DNA of 64,000 bases, taken from positions 1 to 64,000 of IMG/VR virus record IMGVR_UViG_3300010412_000412. One strand, written 5' to 3'. The DNA is from a virus. The translations under genes and the position numbers were made by a program. The notes beneath the pieces are model-generated. The model made no database searches and was not told where the DNA came from. It was given only the letters and a program-made list of their open reading frames with translations. This document shows positions 1 through 10,575 of the stretch, piece by piece; positions within the stretch are counted from its first letter, which is position 1; every line of letters begins with the position of its first letter.

Positions 1-523
1 CTTTAATAAAACAGGGTAAGATATTTCCCATATTCATTGAAAAAAATAACAGAAATAGAAAACTATGGAGAATTTATATCAATAAATGAAGAAAATATAA
101 TATCCACGAATCAGATGGTTATCACATTGAAGGTAAAGAACAAGGATATCAGTTATTACAAAATTAGAAAAAGAATTTGGTATTAAATTAAAAAGATGTT
201 TTGATTTTCCATTATCTAAAAAATCTTATTTATAATAACATAATAGGTTTATGTTTAAATGGTTGCAAAATAGATAATTTATTAAAAATATGCAAATGAA
301 TTACCTGATTTAGAAATTTTATATTTATGTGAGCACCATTAGTTGTTTTTACGAAATTAAAAAAAATAGATTTAAGAAAAAATAAAATTTCAGCAGAATC
401 ACTTCTAAAACATTTAACAAAATTAGAAGAATTGTTACTTGATTTATTTTTTTCTGAGATCAATAAGAGTGAATATTCAATTATTCACTCTTATTAAATA
501 AAAAAAAAAAGAGATAAAAAAAA

Positions 524-1231
524 ATGAACCAATTTAAAGAAGAAGCATTAAATTTAATTAAAAATGCAGAATTTTATAAAACAAAAAATAAGATAAAAAA
601 AGCTATTGAACAATATGAAAAAGCTGTTTATTTTTTAACAAATGATAATGATAAAATAATAAAAGCAGATTTATATGAAAAAATAAGTAGATTATATGAA
701 GGTAGATTAGATTATAAAAATGCTATAAAAAATAAACAAAAGTCATATGAATTATTGGATGAAATACATCCAAAACATCATATTCAAGTAATTAATAGAT
801 TATTTGAATTAGCATGTTTGTATAATAAAGAAAAAGATTATGATTCAGCTGAAAAATATTTAAAAGAATCATTAGATATAAGAAGAAGATTATTTACAAA
901 TAATAGTTTAGAAGTTTTAGAAGTTTTAGAACAATTTTTTATTCTTTATGATGAAACAAATCGATATGAAAATGCTATATCGATTTTGAAAGTTATTATT
1001 TTTATAAATTTAAAGGATAATATTTATAATTATGAACAACTAGCTATTTTATATAACAAGTTAAGTATGTTCTATGAAGCAAATGAATGTTATAAAAAAA
1101 TAATTGATTTGACTGAAAATCAATTTATCAAAGAAAAATATAAAAAATTGTTAAATAACAATTTTAAAGGTAAAGAAGAAGAAGAAATTTATTATTCCAC
1201 AATGGAATCAATAAATAGCAGGAATCAATAA
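524..1231 (+). CDS. TPR-repeat protein
   Basis: Helical repeats such as 'YDSAEKYLKESLDIRRRLF', resembling kinesin-light-chain-type TPR_12 repeats. Confidence 0.75.
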   Translation: MNQFKEEALNLIKNAEFYKTKNKIKKAIEQYEKAVYFLTNDNDKIIKADLYEKISRLYEGRLDYKNAIKNKQKSYELLDEIHPKHHIQVINRLFELACLYNKEKDYDSAEKYLKESLDIRRRLFTNNSLEVLEVLEQFFILYDETNRYENAISILKVIIFINLKDNIYNYEQLAILYNKLSMFYEANECYKKIIDLTENQFIKEKYKKLLNNNFKGKEEEEIYYSTMESINSRNQ

Positions 1232-1273
1232 ATAGCACAAATTTTTTTAATAGAAAAACAATTAGGTAAATAG

Positions 1274-1690
1274 GTGAAAGATATAACAAATTGTTTAGTA
1301 GCAGTTGAAACAAAAGAAGGAACAATAAAAGCATCTTATATACATTTTGATGGTATTATTGAAAGTGTTGGTGATACATTATATAAACAATATAATACAA
1401 TTCAATTAGTAAATGAACTTACAAAATATGGTTATTATTTATTTTTACCATTAAAACCTGAACCTTATAGTGAAATACATTATCCAAAATATCATTTAGA
1501 AACATCTGATGCTATGGAACTTTATTATAAAAATATTAAAAATTTTAATAAACCACAAAAATTTTTAAATTCTAAGATTTTTTTAAAGTTAAATGTTATT
1601 CTTTTTGATTATCTTTATCTTTTTAAGACATCAGAAAAACAATGGTTTGTAAATTCTTCAAATAAAAAATTTGTTCTTTTGAAAAAGTAA
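1274..1690 (+). CDS. Conserved phage hypothetical protein
   Basis: ORF with SYIHFDG..VG..L motif, GTG start. Confidence 0.55.
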   Translation: MKDITNCLVAVETKEGTIKASYIHFDGIIESVGDTLYKQYNTIQLVNELTKYGYYLFLPLKPEPYSEIHYPKYHLETSDAMELYYKNIKNFNKPQKFLNSKIFLKLNVILFDYLYLFKTSEKQWFVNSSNKKFVLLKK

Positions 1691-1719
1691 TTGACAATTT
1701 TAAAACTTCAATGTATAAT
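1691..1719 (+). promoter_or_regulatory. Sigma70-type early promoter
   Basis: TTGACA-17 nt-TATAAT with extended -10 TG; followed by AGTATACATACTAA, shared with the promoter at 4450. Confidence 0.8.
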
Positions 1720-1765
1720 AGTATACATACTAAAAAATAATTTCCAACACACAACCAGGACAAAA

Positions 1766-1996
1766 ATGATATCAATAAGAAAAGCAGCAAATGAAATTGC
1801 TTTCAAAAACCAGCAAATTGAAGACGAGAGTAAAATCAGAAATTATAATGATTTGCTTGAATATTTTAAAAAATATCCAAGAGAAGAAGAAAAATATAAT
1901 CAACTATTATATGATATCGAAAGTGGTAGAATTGCAAGACATCCTTGGATTGATATCATGAATGGTTATGATTATAATAGGGATGAATGGTTATAA
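1766..1996 (+). CDS. Early hypothetical protein
   Basis: ATG at 1766 after AGGA; the longer TTG start in the ORF track lies inside the -35 box. Confidence 0.6.
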   Translation: MISIRKAANEIAFKNQQIEDESKIRNYNDLLEYFKKYPREEEKYNQLLYDIESGRIARHPWIDIMNGYDYNRDEWL

Positions 1997-2165
1997 CCAT
2001 AAATTTTTATAAATTATGTATAATAATACATAATTTATAATTATTTCTATTATATTTTTTAATTTATTGAAAACATTGAATATTTATAATATGTGAAAAA
2101 ACATATAAAGCATTGTTTCCAATAAAAAAATATAAAAAAATATATCAAAAAAAGAAAGAAAAAAA

Positions 2166-2525
2166 ATGCAAATAGAAAAAAACAATTTACTTGAAACAAT
2201 ACAAAAAGAAATAGATGAACAAGAAAAAATAATAAAACAAAAAAAAATAATTGATTTTTGTTTAGATGATCAGAATGGTTGGGATTTTGAACAATATATC
2301 ATATTAAATTATTATAAAAAAATATTATCAAATTTAAAAGATATTTTAAAACAATCACAAAATATCAAAGTAAGTTTTCAAAATTATTTAGTAGATATAA
2401 ATAACAAATGTCAAAAAACATATTCTGAAAAATGGAATACACAAATGACATTTTTATTAATTGAATTTAAAAGAAAAGCAATATTACATTTTTTAAATAA
2501 ATATTCAAAAATTATCATAAAATGA
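2166..2525 (+). CDS. Hypothetical protein (paralog of next gene)
   Basis: C-terminal 'E..RKAILHFLNKY' aligns with 'E..KKAIKRFLNNY' in 2522..2944. Confidence 0.55.
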   Translation: MQIEKNNLLETIQKEIDEQEKIIKQKKIIDFCLDDQNGWDFEQYIILNYYKKILSNLKDILKQSQNIKVSFQNYLVDINNKCQKTYSEKWNTQMTFLLIEFKRKAILHFLNKYSKIIIK

Positions 2526-2944
2526 CAAAAAACGATTTTTTAATTTTTTTGCAAAAAGATATTGATATACGAAAAGAATATCATATTAATACAGATAATA
2601 TGATAAGGGATTTTGAAACAATAATATGTTCACAATATGTTCAAAATGTTGATAATATCAATATCCTTGGATGGAAAATGAACGAACATTTTATTGATAG
2701 TTTTTATAAACAATATTTACAAATACTATTAAATAAAATACAATCAACAAAAAAAGATGTTAATATTGTTTTTAAAAAATATTATAATGCTATGTTAATA
2801 GCATATGAAAAAACACTAAATATTGAAACAAATAATTCATTTACAGATATATTATTTGAATGTACAAAAAAAGCAATCAAACGTTTTCTTAACAATTATA
2901 AAAATATCAATATTTCTGATGACACAAATAATATCAATTTATAA
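2522..2944 (+). CDS. Hypothetical protein (tandem paralog)
   Basis: ATGA overlap with previous gene and similarity to it. Confidence 0.55.
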   Translation: MTKNDFLIFLQKDIDIRKEYHINTDNMIRDFETIICSQYVQNVDNINILGWKMNEHFIDSFYKQYLQILLNKIQSTKKDVNIVFKKYYNAMLIAYEKTLNIETNNSFTDILFECTKKAIKRFLNNYKNINISDDTNNINL

Positions 2945-3773
2945 TATAAAAGGTGGTGTTGGTAAAACAACATTAGCAAAAGATATTTCATTACAATTAT
3001 CAAAAACATTAAAAGTTTTGATAATTGATGCTGATGCCCAATGTAGTTTATCAAGTTTATTATTGAATAATGATTTTAGTGAATATTATAATGATGATTC
3101 ATCATATCTTGATATTTGGAATGGTATAAAAAGACCTTTTTGTGGTAGTATTTATAAAATAAATCCAACACAAAAATGCAAAAAAATCAAAGACAATCTT
3201 TTCTTATTAGCAGGTAATTTAGAATTATCAAAATGTGAGTTACAATTAAGTATTTCACAAAATTTTGAATTTACAATTTTGAATAATTTAATTGGTGCAT
3301 TTCATTATTTAATTGATTTATTATGTAAAGAATATTCAATTGATTATGTGATAATTGATTTAAATCCAACTATCAGTTCATTAAATAAAAATTTATTAAT
3401 GTTGAGTAATGGATTTATCATACCTCTTTTACCAGATAATTTTTGTATAAAATCATTACAAATGTTATTAACAGTATTAACAGAATGGAAAATATGGTTG
3501 ACAAAAGCTCAAAAAATAACAAAGGATTCTTCATATCCTTATCCTGAAAAAGCACAACCACGTCTTTTGAGTTTGGTTATGCGTGATTGGCGTGATAATG
3601 AAAATGAATTTGAAAAAATATATGATCATATTTATAATATTTTTATACCAAAAATCAATAGAATAAATATGTTATCAAGTTCTTATTATTTTTCAAAAAT
3701 TTCAGATATAAAAAATGATGCTTATTTAAATGACATAGAAGAATTGTCTGAAATGATTAATATCTTCAAATAA
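2919..3773 (+). CDS. parA: ParA/Soj-family ATPase
   Basis: Deviant Walker A KGGVGKTT, IDADAQ and DYVIIDLNP motifs; probable start at ATG 2919. Confidence 0.85.
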   Translation: MTQIISIYNIKGGVGKTTLAKDISLQLSKTLKVLIIDADAQCSLSSLLLNNDFSEYYNDDSSYLDIWNGIKRPFCGSIYKINPTQKCKKIKDNLFLLAGNLELSKCELQLSISQNFEFTILNNLIGAFHYLIDLLCKEYSIDYVIIDLNPTISSLNKNLLMLSNGFIIPLLPDNFCIKSLQMLLTVLTEWKIWLTKAQKITKDSSYPYPEKAQPRLLSLVMRDWRDNENEFEKIYDHIYNIFIPKINRINMLSSSYYFSKISDIKNDAYLNDIEELSEMINIFK

Positions 3774-3785
3774 CATGGTGTAAAA

Positions 3786-4073
3786 ATGGCAATTATAAGA
3801 AACAGAGCAAGATGTAGAAAATGCAATAGTATCATTGAATCAAAAACAAGACATGATTTTGTGTGGTGCAAATGCAAATCAATTTTTGTAGATGGTGGTA
3901 AAGATTATATTCGTACAGGTGGTGATCCAAAAGATTTTGAATCATTAGTTGAATATTCTGTACCGGATTCTGTTGAACAAAAAAATTCACAAGAAATAAT
4001 TGCTGATGCAATTGAACTTTTGAAATCAAAAAACAGAATCGAACCAGATGGACAAATGAGATTGTTCGATTAA
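3786..4073 (+). CDS. Small Zn-finger phage protein
   Basis: CxxC...RHDFVWCKC..VDGG. Confidence 0.65.
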   Translation: MAIIRNRARCRKCNSIIESKTRHDFVWCKCKSIFVDGGKDYIRTGGDPKDFESLVEYSVPDSVEQKNSQEIIADAIELLKSKNRIEPDGQMRLFD

Positions 4074-4082
4074 ATTCAAACT

Positions 4083-4114
4083 AAAAATGGTGAAAATTTA
4101 TTTTACCATTTTTT
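4083..4114 (+). terminator. Hairpin/intrinsic terminator
   Basis: AAAAATGGTGAAA..TTTTACCATTTTT inverted repeat after stop. Confidence 0.55.
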
Positions 4115-4117
4115 AAT

Positions 4118-4453
4118 ATGAAAAAAATGTTTTCTTTAACATGGAAAAAATCAAAAAGATGTATTATAGGACAATATTCAAATATTGAATATTTGTTATA
4201 TGATAATATACGATATATTGGTTCAGTAATACTTCTTCAAAACAACAAATGGGAATGGGAAGTTGAAAACAAATATTTAGGAATAAAATATAGCAATGGT
4301 TTTGAAAACCATTTATCACTTGCTAAATTAAAAGCAATAAAAGCATTAAATAATGGTGATTATATTTATCCAATTTTCAAAAATAATATTCTAGTTAAAA
4401 ACAATGAACGTGATGAAATTTTACGCATATTATGTTTTGAAAATATTACTTGA
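4118..4453 (+). CDS. Hypothetical protein
   Basis: 111-aa ORF colinear with neighbours. Confidence 0.5.
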   Translation: MKKMFSLTWKKSKRCIIGQYSNIEYLLYDNIRYIGSVILLQNNKWEWEVENKYLGIKYSNGFENHLSLAKLKAIKALNNGDYIYPIFKNNILVKNNERDEILRILCFENIT

Positions 4454-4478
4454 CATTTTTATATTTTAAATGTATAAT
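4450..4478 (+). promoter_or_regulatory. Sigma70-type early promoter
   Basis: TTGACA-17-TATAAT with extended TG; same downstream motif as 1691. Confidence 0.8.
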
Positions 4479-4548
4479 AGTATACATACTAACTAAAAAG
4501 TATAAAACAAAACAATTCAATTCACTCATTAAAAAAAGCACATAAAAA

Positions 4549-4806
4549 ATGAAGAAACCACAAAGAAAAACAAATAAGCAAATCAATCGTAATCTAAAAA
4601 GAGCACGTGTTTTAGCAAAACGTGTTGATGCCGATAAAAAAGCAAAAATCAAATTGGTTACTCGTCTTCAAAACAGAATTGAAGCAGAAGAAGCAACGGA
4701 TGAAACGTTTGAGTTTCAACATCCTAAAGGTAAAGATTACACATTAGGTGATCTTGTACAAGAAAATCTTGTACCAGAAAATTTGGTACCAGAAAATCTG
4801 GTATAA
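4549..4806 (+). CDS. Basic early protein with C-terminal ENLV repeats
   Basis: Lys/Arg-rich N-terminus; 15-bp tandem repeat at 3' end. Confidence 0.6.
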   Translation: MKKPQRKTNKQINRNLKRARVLAKRVDADKKAKIKLVTRLQNRIEAEEATDETFEFQHPKGKDYTLGDLVQENLVPENLVPENLV

Positions 4807-4830
4807 GAAAATCTTATCCAAAAAAAAAAT

Positions 4831-4860
4831 AAAAAGGTTCATATAAATATGAACCTTTTT
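4831..4860 (+). terminator. Intrinsic terminator
   Basis: AAAAAGGTTCATAT-AA-ATATGAACCTTTTT perfect inverted repeat. Confidence 0.7.
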
Positions 4861-4918
4861 ATTTTTTAAAAAATAATAAATAATATATATAAAATTTCTA
4901 TTTAAAAAAGGATAAAAT

Positions 4919-5398
4919 ATGACACAATTAAAAACATTCAATGATTTCAAATCAAATAATAACGTATTAAATGAAGTAACATATAAATATAACCCAGATG
5001 TATATAATAATGCGTTGTCAAAAAATGCACTAAAAAAAAATCCATTATCATTAGACCAATTTAATGATACATTTGCAGAAAAAGAAAAAATAAGAATACA
5101 AGATATCATAGATGAATATATTATAGTTGCAACATATGATAATATAAAATATATCATATTTGAAAATACATATATCAATTATGATGATTTTTGGTCATTA
5201 GATGTGAAATTAGTAAATAATAACATAATAGAAGAAGATAAATATGAAATAAGTAGTAGAATAAAATACAATGAATATGATCCAAAATCATTTGAAAAAA
5301 ATAAAAACAAATTTAGTCAAATGTTATATAATATCAAAGAATTTATAAACAGACAAAATATAACAAAACAAGAATTTGATACAATGTTAGAATATTAA
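4919..5398 (+). CDS. Hypothetical protein with CTS-like N-terminus
   Basis: MTQLKTFNDF..LNE; AAGGA SD. Confidence 0.6.
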   Translation: MTQLKTFNDFKSNNNVLNEVTYKYNPDVYNNALSKNALKKNPLSLDQFNDTFAEKEKIRIQDIIDEYIIVATYDNIKYIIFENTYINYDDFWSLDVKLVNNNIIEEDKYEISSRIKYNEYDPKSFEKNKNKFSQMLYNIKEFINRQNITKQEFDTMLEY

Positions 5399-5402
5399 AA
5401 AA

Positions 5403-5438
5403 GAAAAAAAGAAATAGAATTATCTATTTCTTTTTTTT
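5403..5438. terminator. Bidirectional terminator
   Basis: AAAAAAAGAAATAGA..TCTATTTCTTTTTTT between convergent genes. Confidence 0.6.
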
Positions 5439-5444
5439 TCTTTA

Positions 5445-5864
5445 TTAATCAAAATATTTAACAACGTTTTTTCTAAAATACCTACCTAAAATATTCTCAT
5501 TCAAAAAATCCTCTTTCCATAAAGCATCATGTTTAAAAATCTCATCAGTTTCTTTAAAATTAGTTTCACCTTTTGTTTTGCATAAATGAAGAATTTCACG
5601 TTTAAAACGTAATGGGTCATTTTTAGCCAAAGTTTTTAAATCTAAATGAGAACTATAATAAGATTTCCAATCACTAGGTTGACGTTTTCTACGAGTTTGA
5701 CCATTAATTTTACGCAAACTCCATAAATATTTTCTACCAATATACTTTTTATTAGTTTGTGTATCAGTAATGATATAAACAAACCCATAATATTTTTGTA
5801 AATCAGTTTCTTCTATAATTTGATTTTTATAAATCCATTTATTAATATATAATTTTTCTTTCAT
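5445..5864 (-). CDS. GIY-YIG-family nuclease-like protein
   Basis: YGFVYIIT..KKYIGRK. Confidence 0.7.
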   Translation of the reverse strand: MKEKLYINKWIYKNQIIEETDLQKYYGFVYIITDTQTNKKYIGRKYLWSLRKINGQTRRKRQPSDWKSYYSSHLDLKTLAKNDPLRFKREILHLCKTKGETNFKETDEIFKHDALWKEDFLNENILGRYFRKNVVKYFD

Positions 5865-5869
5865 AATAT

Positions 5870-6484
5870 TTAAAAAATAACAATATTTGTATTATCATTA
5901 TTAGATTTCCATAATTTATAAGACATTGAAACAGTAATTTGTTGAACTTGATTAGTGTTAGCATAACCATAAGAAACTTCTGAAATAGAACTAGGCCAAG
6001 CAGCATAAAGAGTGATACCATAAGTTTTATTTCCTTGTCTATCTAATTGCCATATTTTTATATCTTGTGTATATTCAATAAAAAAATTCAAACTATTATC
6101 ATTAATATTTATAACAGCAGTTTGCCATGCATCAAAAAAATGACGTTGACTTAATTCACTATCAGCATAAAAAGCAAAAGTCAAAGGATCATAAACTGAT
6201 TGAGAATAAGGAATATGAAATGGTGCGCTATGTTGAGAATGCAAATAATATTGTAATGTTCTACCAGGCATCGTACAAGTATGACAAGCTATTTGTATTG
6301 CACCATCAACATTTAATTGCATACCTAAATTTGTCAAATTACCTGCTGTACTTTCTGAATTTAACCAACTACCAGAATCATTAATACCTGGTGGCATTTG
6401 CAATTCAATTAAAAAACGACTAGGTGAAGCAAATCCTTTTGTAAATTTACTTAAAAAATTTGATATATTACATTTTTGTGTCAT
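5870..6484 (-). CDS. Baseplate tail-tube initiator (T4 gp54-like)
   Basis: gp19-fold motifs (CxxxxMPG, FFDAWQ, I.QLDR, AWP). Confidence 0.7.
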   Translation of the reverse strand: MTQKCNISNFLSKFTKGFASPSRFLIELQMPPGINDSGSWLNSESTAGNLTNLGMQLNVDGAIQIACHTCTMPGRTLQYYLHSQHSAPFHIPYSQSVYDPLTFAFYADSELSQRHFFDAWQTAVININDNSLNFFIEYTQDIKIWQLDRQGNKTYGITLYAAWPSSISEVSYGYANTNQVQQITVSMSYKLWKSNNDNTNIVIF

Positions 6485-6900
6485 CTATTTTTTTTAAATT
6501 TTTGTATTGGTAGTAAAATAATATTATCCCATTCTTTTATATTAATTTTTATAAGATTAGATTTAATATTATTAAATAAATAACGATGTATACATTGATT
6601 ATATAATTTTGATAATTGATAAGATATACGATTATTTGATTTTTTAGTTTTAAATTTTATCAACTCTTCTAATAATTTTTTTCTTTCTAATAACGGTAAA
6701 TAATGCAAATTTAATCCTAAAAAATATGAAGAATTAATTTCTAAAGGTATAACTAAAGGAAACTTATCCCATACTGGTAATATATCTTTATATTTTGGAT
6801 CATATATAAAAAAAAACATTTCACCAATAAAAGTATCTTTTTTGATATTAAAATACTCTTCTTTTTTAATATTTTTTATTTTATTATAAAACCAATTCAT
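6481..6900 (-). CDS. DNA end-protector protein (T4 gp2-like)
   Basis: YDPKYK..LP.WDKFPL, FLGLNLHYLP. Confidence 0.85.
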   Translation of the reverse strand: MNWFYNKIKNIKKEEYFNIKKDTFIGEMFFFIYDPKYKDILPVWDKFPLVIPLEINSSYFLGLNLHYLPLLERKKLLEELIKFKTKKSNNRISYQLSKLYNQCIHRYLFNNIKSNLIKINIKEWDNIILLPIQKFKKNR

Positions 6901-6903
6901 TTT

Positions 6904-7311
6904 TTATTTCATTAATAATGATGGTTTTAATAAACCAGGTTCAGGTCTTCCAGTCTGTATTATTTTTATTTTCCCCTCTTTAAATGCTTTATCAAATATT
7001 TGTTGCATTACTCCTAATCCATAATCATTTTCAATCATAGGACGATCTAAAATTTGAGTATAAGGAAACATATATTTTCTTGGTTTAAGTTTTGCAATAA
7101 GTGATAAAAGCAAAATACCTTGATTCCATGATAATGCTTTAACACCAAAATCTTTTAATGTTGGTAATTTATTAATTTTATTTGTTAAAGCATCAAGTTC
7201 TTTACTTGTTATTGTATCCCAATCAATATTTTTTAATAATTCTTCATTTTCTAATATAATATTTTCTGATATAAAATTATTTTGCCATTCTGTAAAAGTT
7301 TTTGTTTTCAT
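6904..7311 (-). CDS. Hypothetical protein with CTS-like N-terminus
   Basis: MKTKTFTEW..ISE. Confidence 0.55.
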   Translation of the reverse strand: MKTKTFTEWQNNFISENIILENEELLKNIDWDTITSKELDALTNKINKLPTLKDFGVKALSWNQGILLLSLIAKLKPRKYMFPYTQILDRPMIENDYGLGVMQQIFDKAFKEGKIKIIQTGRPEPGLLKPSLLMK

Positions 7312-7337
7312 TTTTTTACCTTGTTTGTGATTATCTG

Positions 7338-8883
7338 TTATTCATTAGTTATATTATAATATTTATATAATAAAAAATCTATTTGTTTTTTATATTTAGT
7401 TAAATTATTTTTATCTTGATAAATATTATCAACTAAATTTATAATATCATTTTGTAATTTTAAATTATCAGGAATAGGAATTTGGTATAAATCAGATATT
7501 TTGATTTGAGGTTGTTTACCATTATTAATACGAATAATTCTTCTATTAATTGCAAAAAATGTATATAAATCTGAATTAAGTAAACCACATAAATATTTTA
7601 AAAAAGAAATAGATTTAATAGACTTATCATAAAGACTAAAAATATATAAACTATTATTTGCTGCACCTATTTTATTTTCATATGTAGCAATTAATTCATT
7701 TGATGATTGTCTTATAAATATTTTTGGATTTTTATATGTTTCAATATTACCTAATCCAATTCTTTTTTTATTTTTTATACCTTTTTTTGTTAATTCAATT
7801 TTTATATCTTCATTTATCTTATTACGCAATTGTTCATCATAAACAAAATATTTATCATATACAAGTGAAGAATATTTATATTTCAATCCTTTTGATCCTT
7901 CATAATAGGGAAAAACATTTTCTTTCTTATTATCATTATTATATATAGTAAATTCTTTTTCCTTATTTAATAACATAGTACAAGTTCTTAAATTTTTATC
8001 AGGATATAAATCTTTTAATAAAGGCTCTTGTTTTTTAAAAATTTTATCTAAAATGATTTGATTTTTTTCATCAATAATACGATATTTATATTCATCATTT
8101 TTAACATACCATTTAGATTGATTAATATATTGTTTTTTATTTTTTTCATAATCAATAACTAATACATTATTTGATTCAACTTTTTCTTTTTCTATAGTAA
8201 TAATAAGTTGACCACTAACTACATAATCAAAACCTTTAATATTATAATACAAATTATGTATTTTCACATTTTCTAAAAGATATTTCCTACAATATAAATA
8301 AGCTGTTTCAAAAAAAGCTATATCTATTATGAAACATAATTTACCATTATTTTTTAAAAAATCTATACTATGTTCTATGAATAACATAATATAATTTATT
8401 TTTCCATTTTTTAATGTATTAGGAAATTGTTTATAATTTTTAAGATAATAAATTCGTTGTTCTTCATTTTTCTTTTTATCTCTTCTACCATAAAGTGATA
8501 TATATGGTGGATTACCTAAAATAAAATTTATCATATAATACTTTTTTATCTTTTATAGTAAAATCACAACATAATGAATTGAAATTACCATTATATTTTT
8601 TATTGAAACATTTATAATAAAAACAGATAATATTTTCTTTTGTTTTTTCAATAAAATGTGGATTAATATCTATAAAAAAAATATTTTCATCTATAAATTT
8701 TTCAATTAAAAAAGGATTTTGTGATATAGTATATGCTTTTTTTAATATACCTATTATAATTGATCCTTCTCCGCAAGAGGGTTCTAATATAAATGATGAG
8801 AATATTTTTTCATCATTTGGAAGACATTCAATTATTTTATCTATTATTTTTTCATTTTCAGTAAAATAAATACCATTATTCAT
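7338..8883 (-). CDS. N6-adenine DNA methyltransferase (TaqI/Eco57I-like), split into two overlapping ORFs
   Basis: Motif I ILEPSCGEG in 8512..8883; motif IV GNPPY and TRD in 7338..8534; +1 frame offset. Confidence 0.8.
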
Positions 8884-9373
8884 TTTTTAATTTACAGATA
8901 CCTAATTCATATTCAGTCATTATCATAAAAATAAACCCTATTGTTTTAGCATATTTTTCTGCGGCAATCCATTTATCATAATTAAGTTGCCATATTTTTT
9001 GTTCATTCAATATTGTTTTTTTATGACGTTTTTTATTATCAATAATATCTTTTTTTAATAAATATTTGCGAAAATAAGGTGGTACTTGACTAAAAGGTTT
9101 AATTTCAATTATCATTTTTTTTTCATTTCCATTTGTATCTATAGCCAACACCCAAAAATCTGCATAATAACGTCTTATTCGTTTATCTAATTGACTATAA
9201 TATGGAATTGATTTTATTTCACTACCCCATTTTTTAACATTTGGATTAGTATCACACCAAATAGCAAATTTTCTTTCCCAACTACTTCTTATTGTTATAT
9301 TATTTATATTACCAACATATTTATCAATATTTTTTGGTATAAATTTTGTTATTTTTGGATAAAAGTTATTCAT
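8876..9373 (-). CDS. Head completion nuclease (T4 gp4-like)
   Basis: RSSWE..F..WCD.NP.V..WGSE, RRYYADF, EIKP. Confidence 0.9.
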   Translation of the reverse strand: MNNFYPKITKFIPKNIDKYVGNINNITIRSSWERKFAIWCDTNPNVKKWGSEIKSIPYYSQLDKRIRRYYADFWVLAIDTNGNEKKMIIEIKPFSQVPPYFRKYLLKKDIIDNKKRHKKTILNEQKIWQLNYDKWIAAEKYAKTIGFIFMIMTEYELGICKLKNE

Positions 9374-9435
9374 AATATTTTTGTTTTTTTTTATAAAAAT
9401 AAATAAGTAATATATTATTTATTAAAGGAGAAAAT

Positions 9436-9840
9436 ATGTTAAAATCATTTTATGAGTATTTATTAGAATGTACAATATATTCAACTAAAGATTTAATTGA
9501 TTTAGAAAAATTTGCTGATCGTATTTTGAAAAAATTAAATATTGATATAGAATTTACTCATCATTTTGGTGAAAGATTGAGTGATAAAAGAAATGAACCA
9601 TGTATAAAAATAACTGAATTACAACAATTATTTAAAAAAATAAAAAAAGAAAAAGGATTAAAAATAAAAAATCATAAAGAAAAAGAAGCAGTATTAGTTG
9701 ATATTCAAAATGATTTAAATCTTCCTTTTGTTATTACTATCAATAATAATGGTGAATTTATATTAACATTAAAAACAATAATGAGAAAACAAAATTTCAG
9801 AACATCAGATAAAAAAATATTTTATGGTGGTGAAGAATAA
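9436..9840 (+). CDS. Hypothetical protein with CTS-like N-terminus
   Basis: MLKSFYEYLLE; FTHHF.ER..D.RN and KTIMRK motifs. Confidence 0.65.
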   Translation: MLKSFYEYLLECTIYSTKDLIDLEKFADRILKKLNIDIEFTHHFGERLSDKRNEPCIKITELQQLFKKIKKEKGLKIKNHKEKEAVLVDIQNDLNLPFVITINNNGEFILTLKTIMRKQNFRTSDKKIFYGGEE

Positions 9841-9841
9841 A

Positions 9842-10573
9842 ATGGCAGAATTATATTATCCAACATTATTAGCAGATACAGAGGCTTATCCCGCTAATAT
9901 AATGTTTACTTTTTATGAAAGAAAAGACACATCATCAAGTAGCATAAAAGATATTGTGCATTTATATATGCCAGAAAATTTCGGACAACCTTCCACAGTA
10001 TCATGGGACCAATTTAGTAAATTAGAAAGTACAGGAAATTTAGTTACAAATATTGGTAAAGTAATACCAGGTGGTGATTCTGCAATGGTTCGAAAATTTC
10101 AATCATTTTTAAATAAATATGGTAATGTTGCATCTGATATTATTGGTAGAGTTAAAAAAGGTTCAGGTACAATGTTTAATCCTTATATAGCACAAGATTT
10201 TAAAGGTGTTGATTTTAGAAAATTCCAATTTTCTTTTACCTTTGTTCCTTTTTCTATGAATGATTGTGAAAGAATAAAAGAAATTTTAAATATTTTTAGA
10301 AAATGGTCTTTACCATCTGGTCCATTTGGTGGAGCAAATTCAGCATTTTTAAATTATCCTGGTGAAGTAGAAATCCAATATCAATTTGGTGATGGTGAAA
10401 ATCCATGGATACACAGATTTAAACGTTCTGTAATAACTACATTAGATATAAATTATACAGGTGCAGGTCAATGGACAATGATGAGAAATGGTTTTCCAAC
10501 AGAAACAACTATGACTATAGCATTAGGTGAAATTCAAATAGTAGTCAGAGAAGATATTGAAGAGGGTTATTAA
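9842..10573 (+). CDS. Baseplate tail-tube cap (T4 gp48-like)
   Basis: LYMP, NPY...F.GVDFR.F.F.F.F.P. Confidence 0.8.
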   Translation: MAELYYPTLLADTEAYPANIMFTFYERKDTSSSSIKDIVHLYMPENFGQPSTVSWDQFSKLESTGNLVTNIGKVIPGGDSAMVRKFQSFLNKYGNVASDIIGRVKKGSGTMFNPYIAQDFKGVDFRKFQFSFTFVPFSMNDCERIKEILNIFRKWSLPSGPFGGANSAFLNYPGEVEIQYQFGDGENPWIHRFKRSVITTLDINYTGAGQWTMMRNGFPTETTMTIALGEIQIVVREDIEEGY

Positions 10574-10575
10574 AA

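Noticed and set aside
8512-8520. AGG-T in the methyltransferase as an eleventh Arg-to-Gly shift site
   Set aside because: The +1 frame already reads canonical ILGNPPY upstream of it, and in-frame AGG occurs in intact genes (e.g. near 27543)
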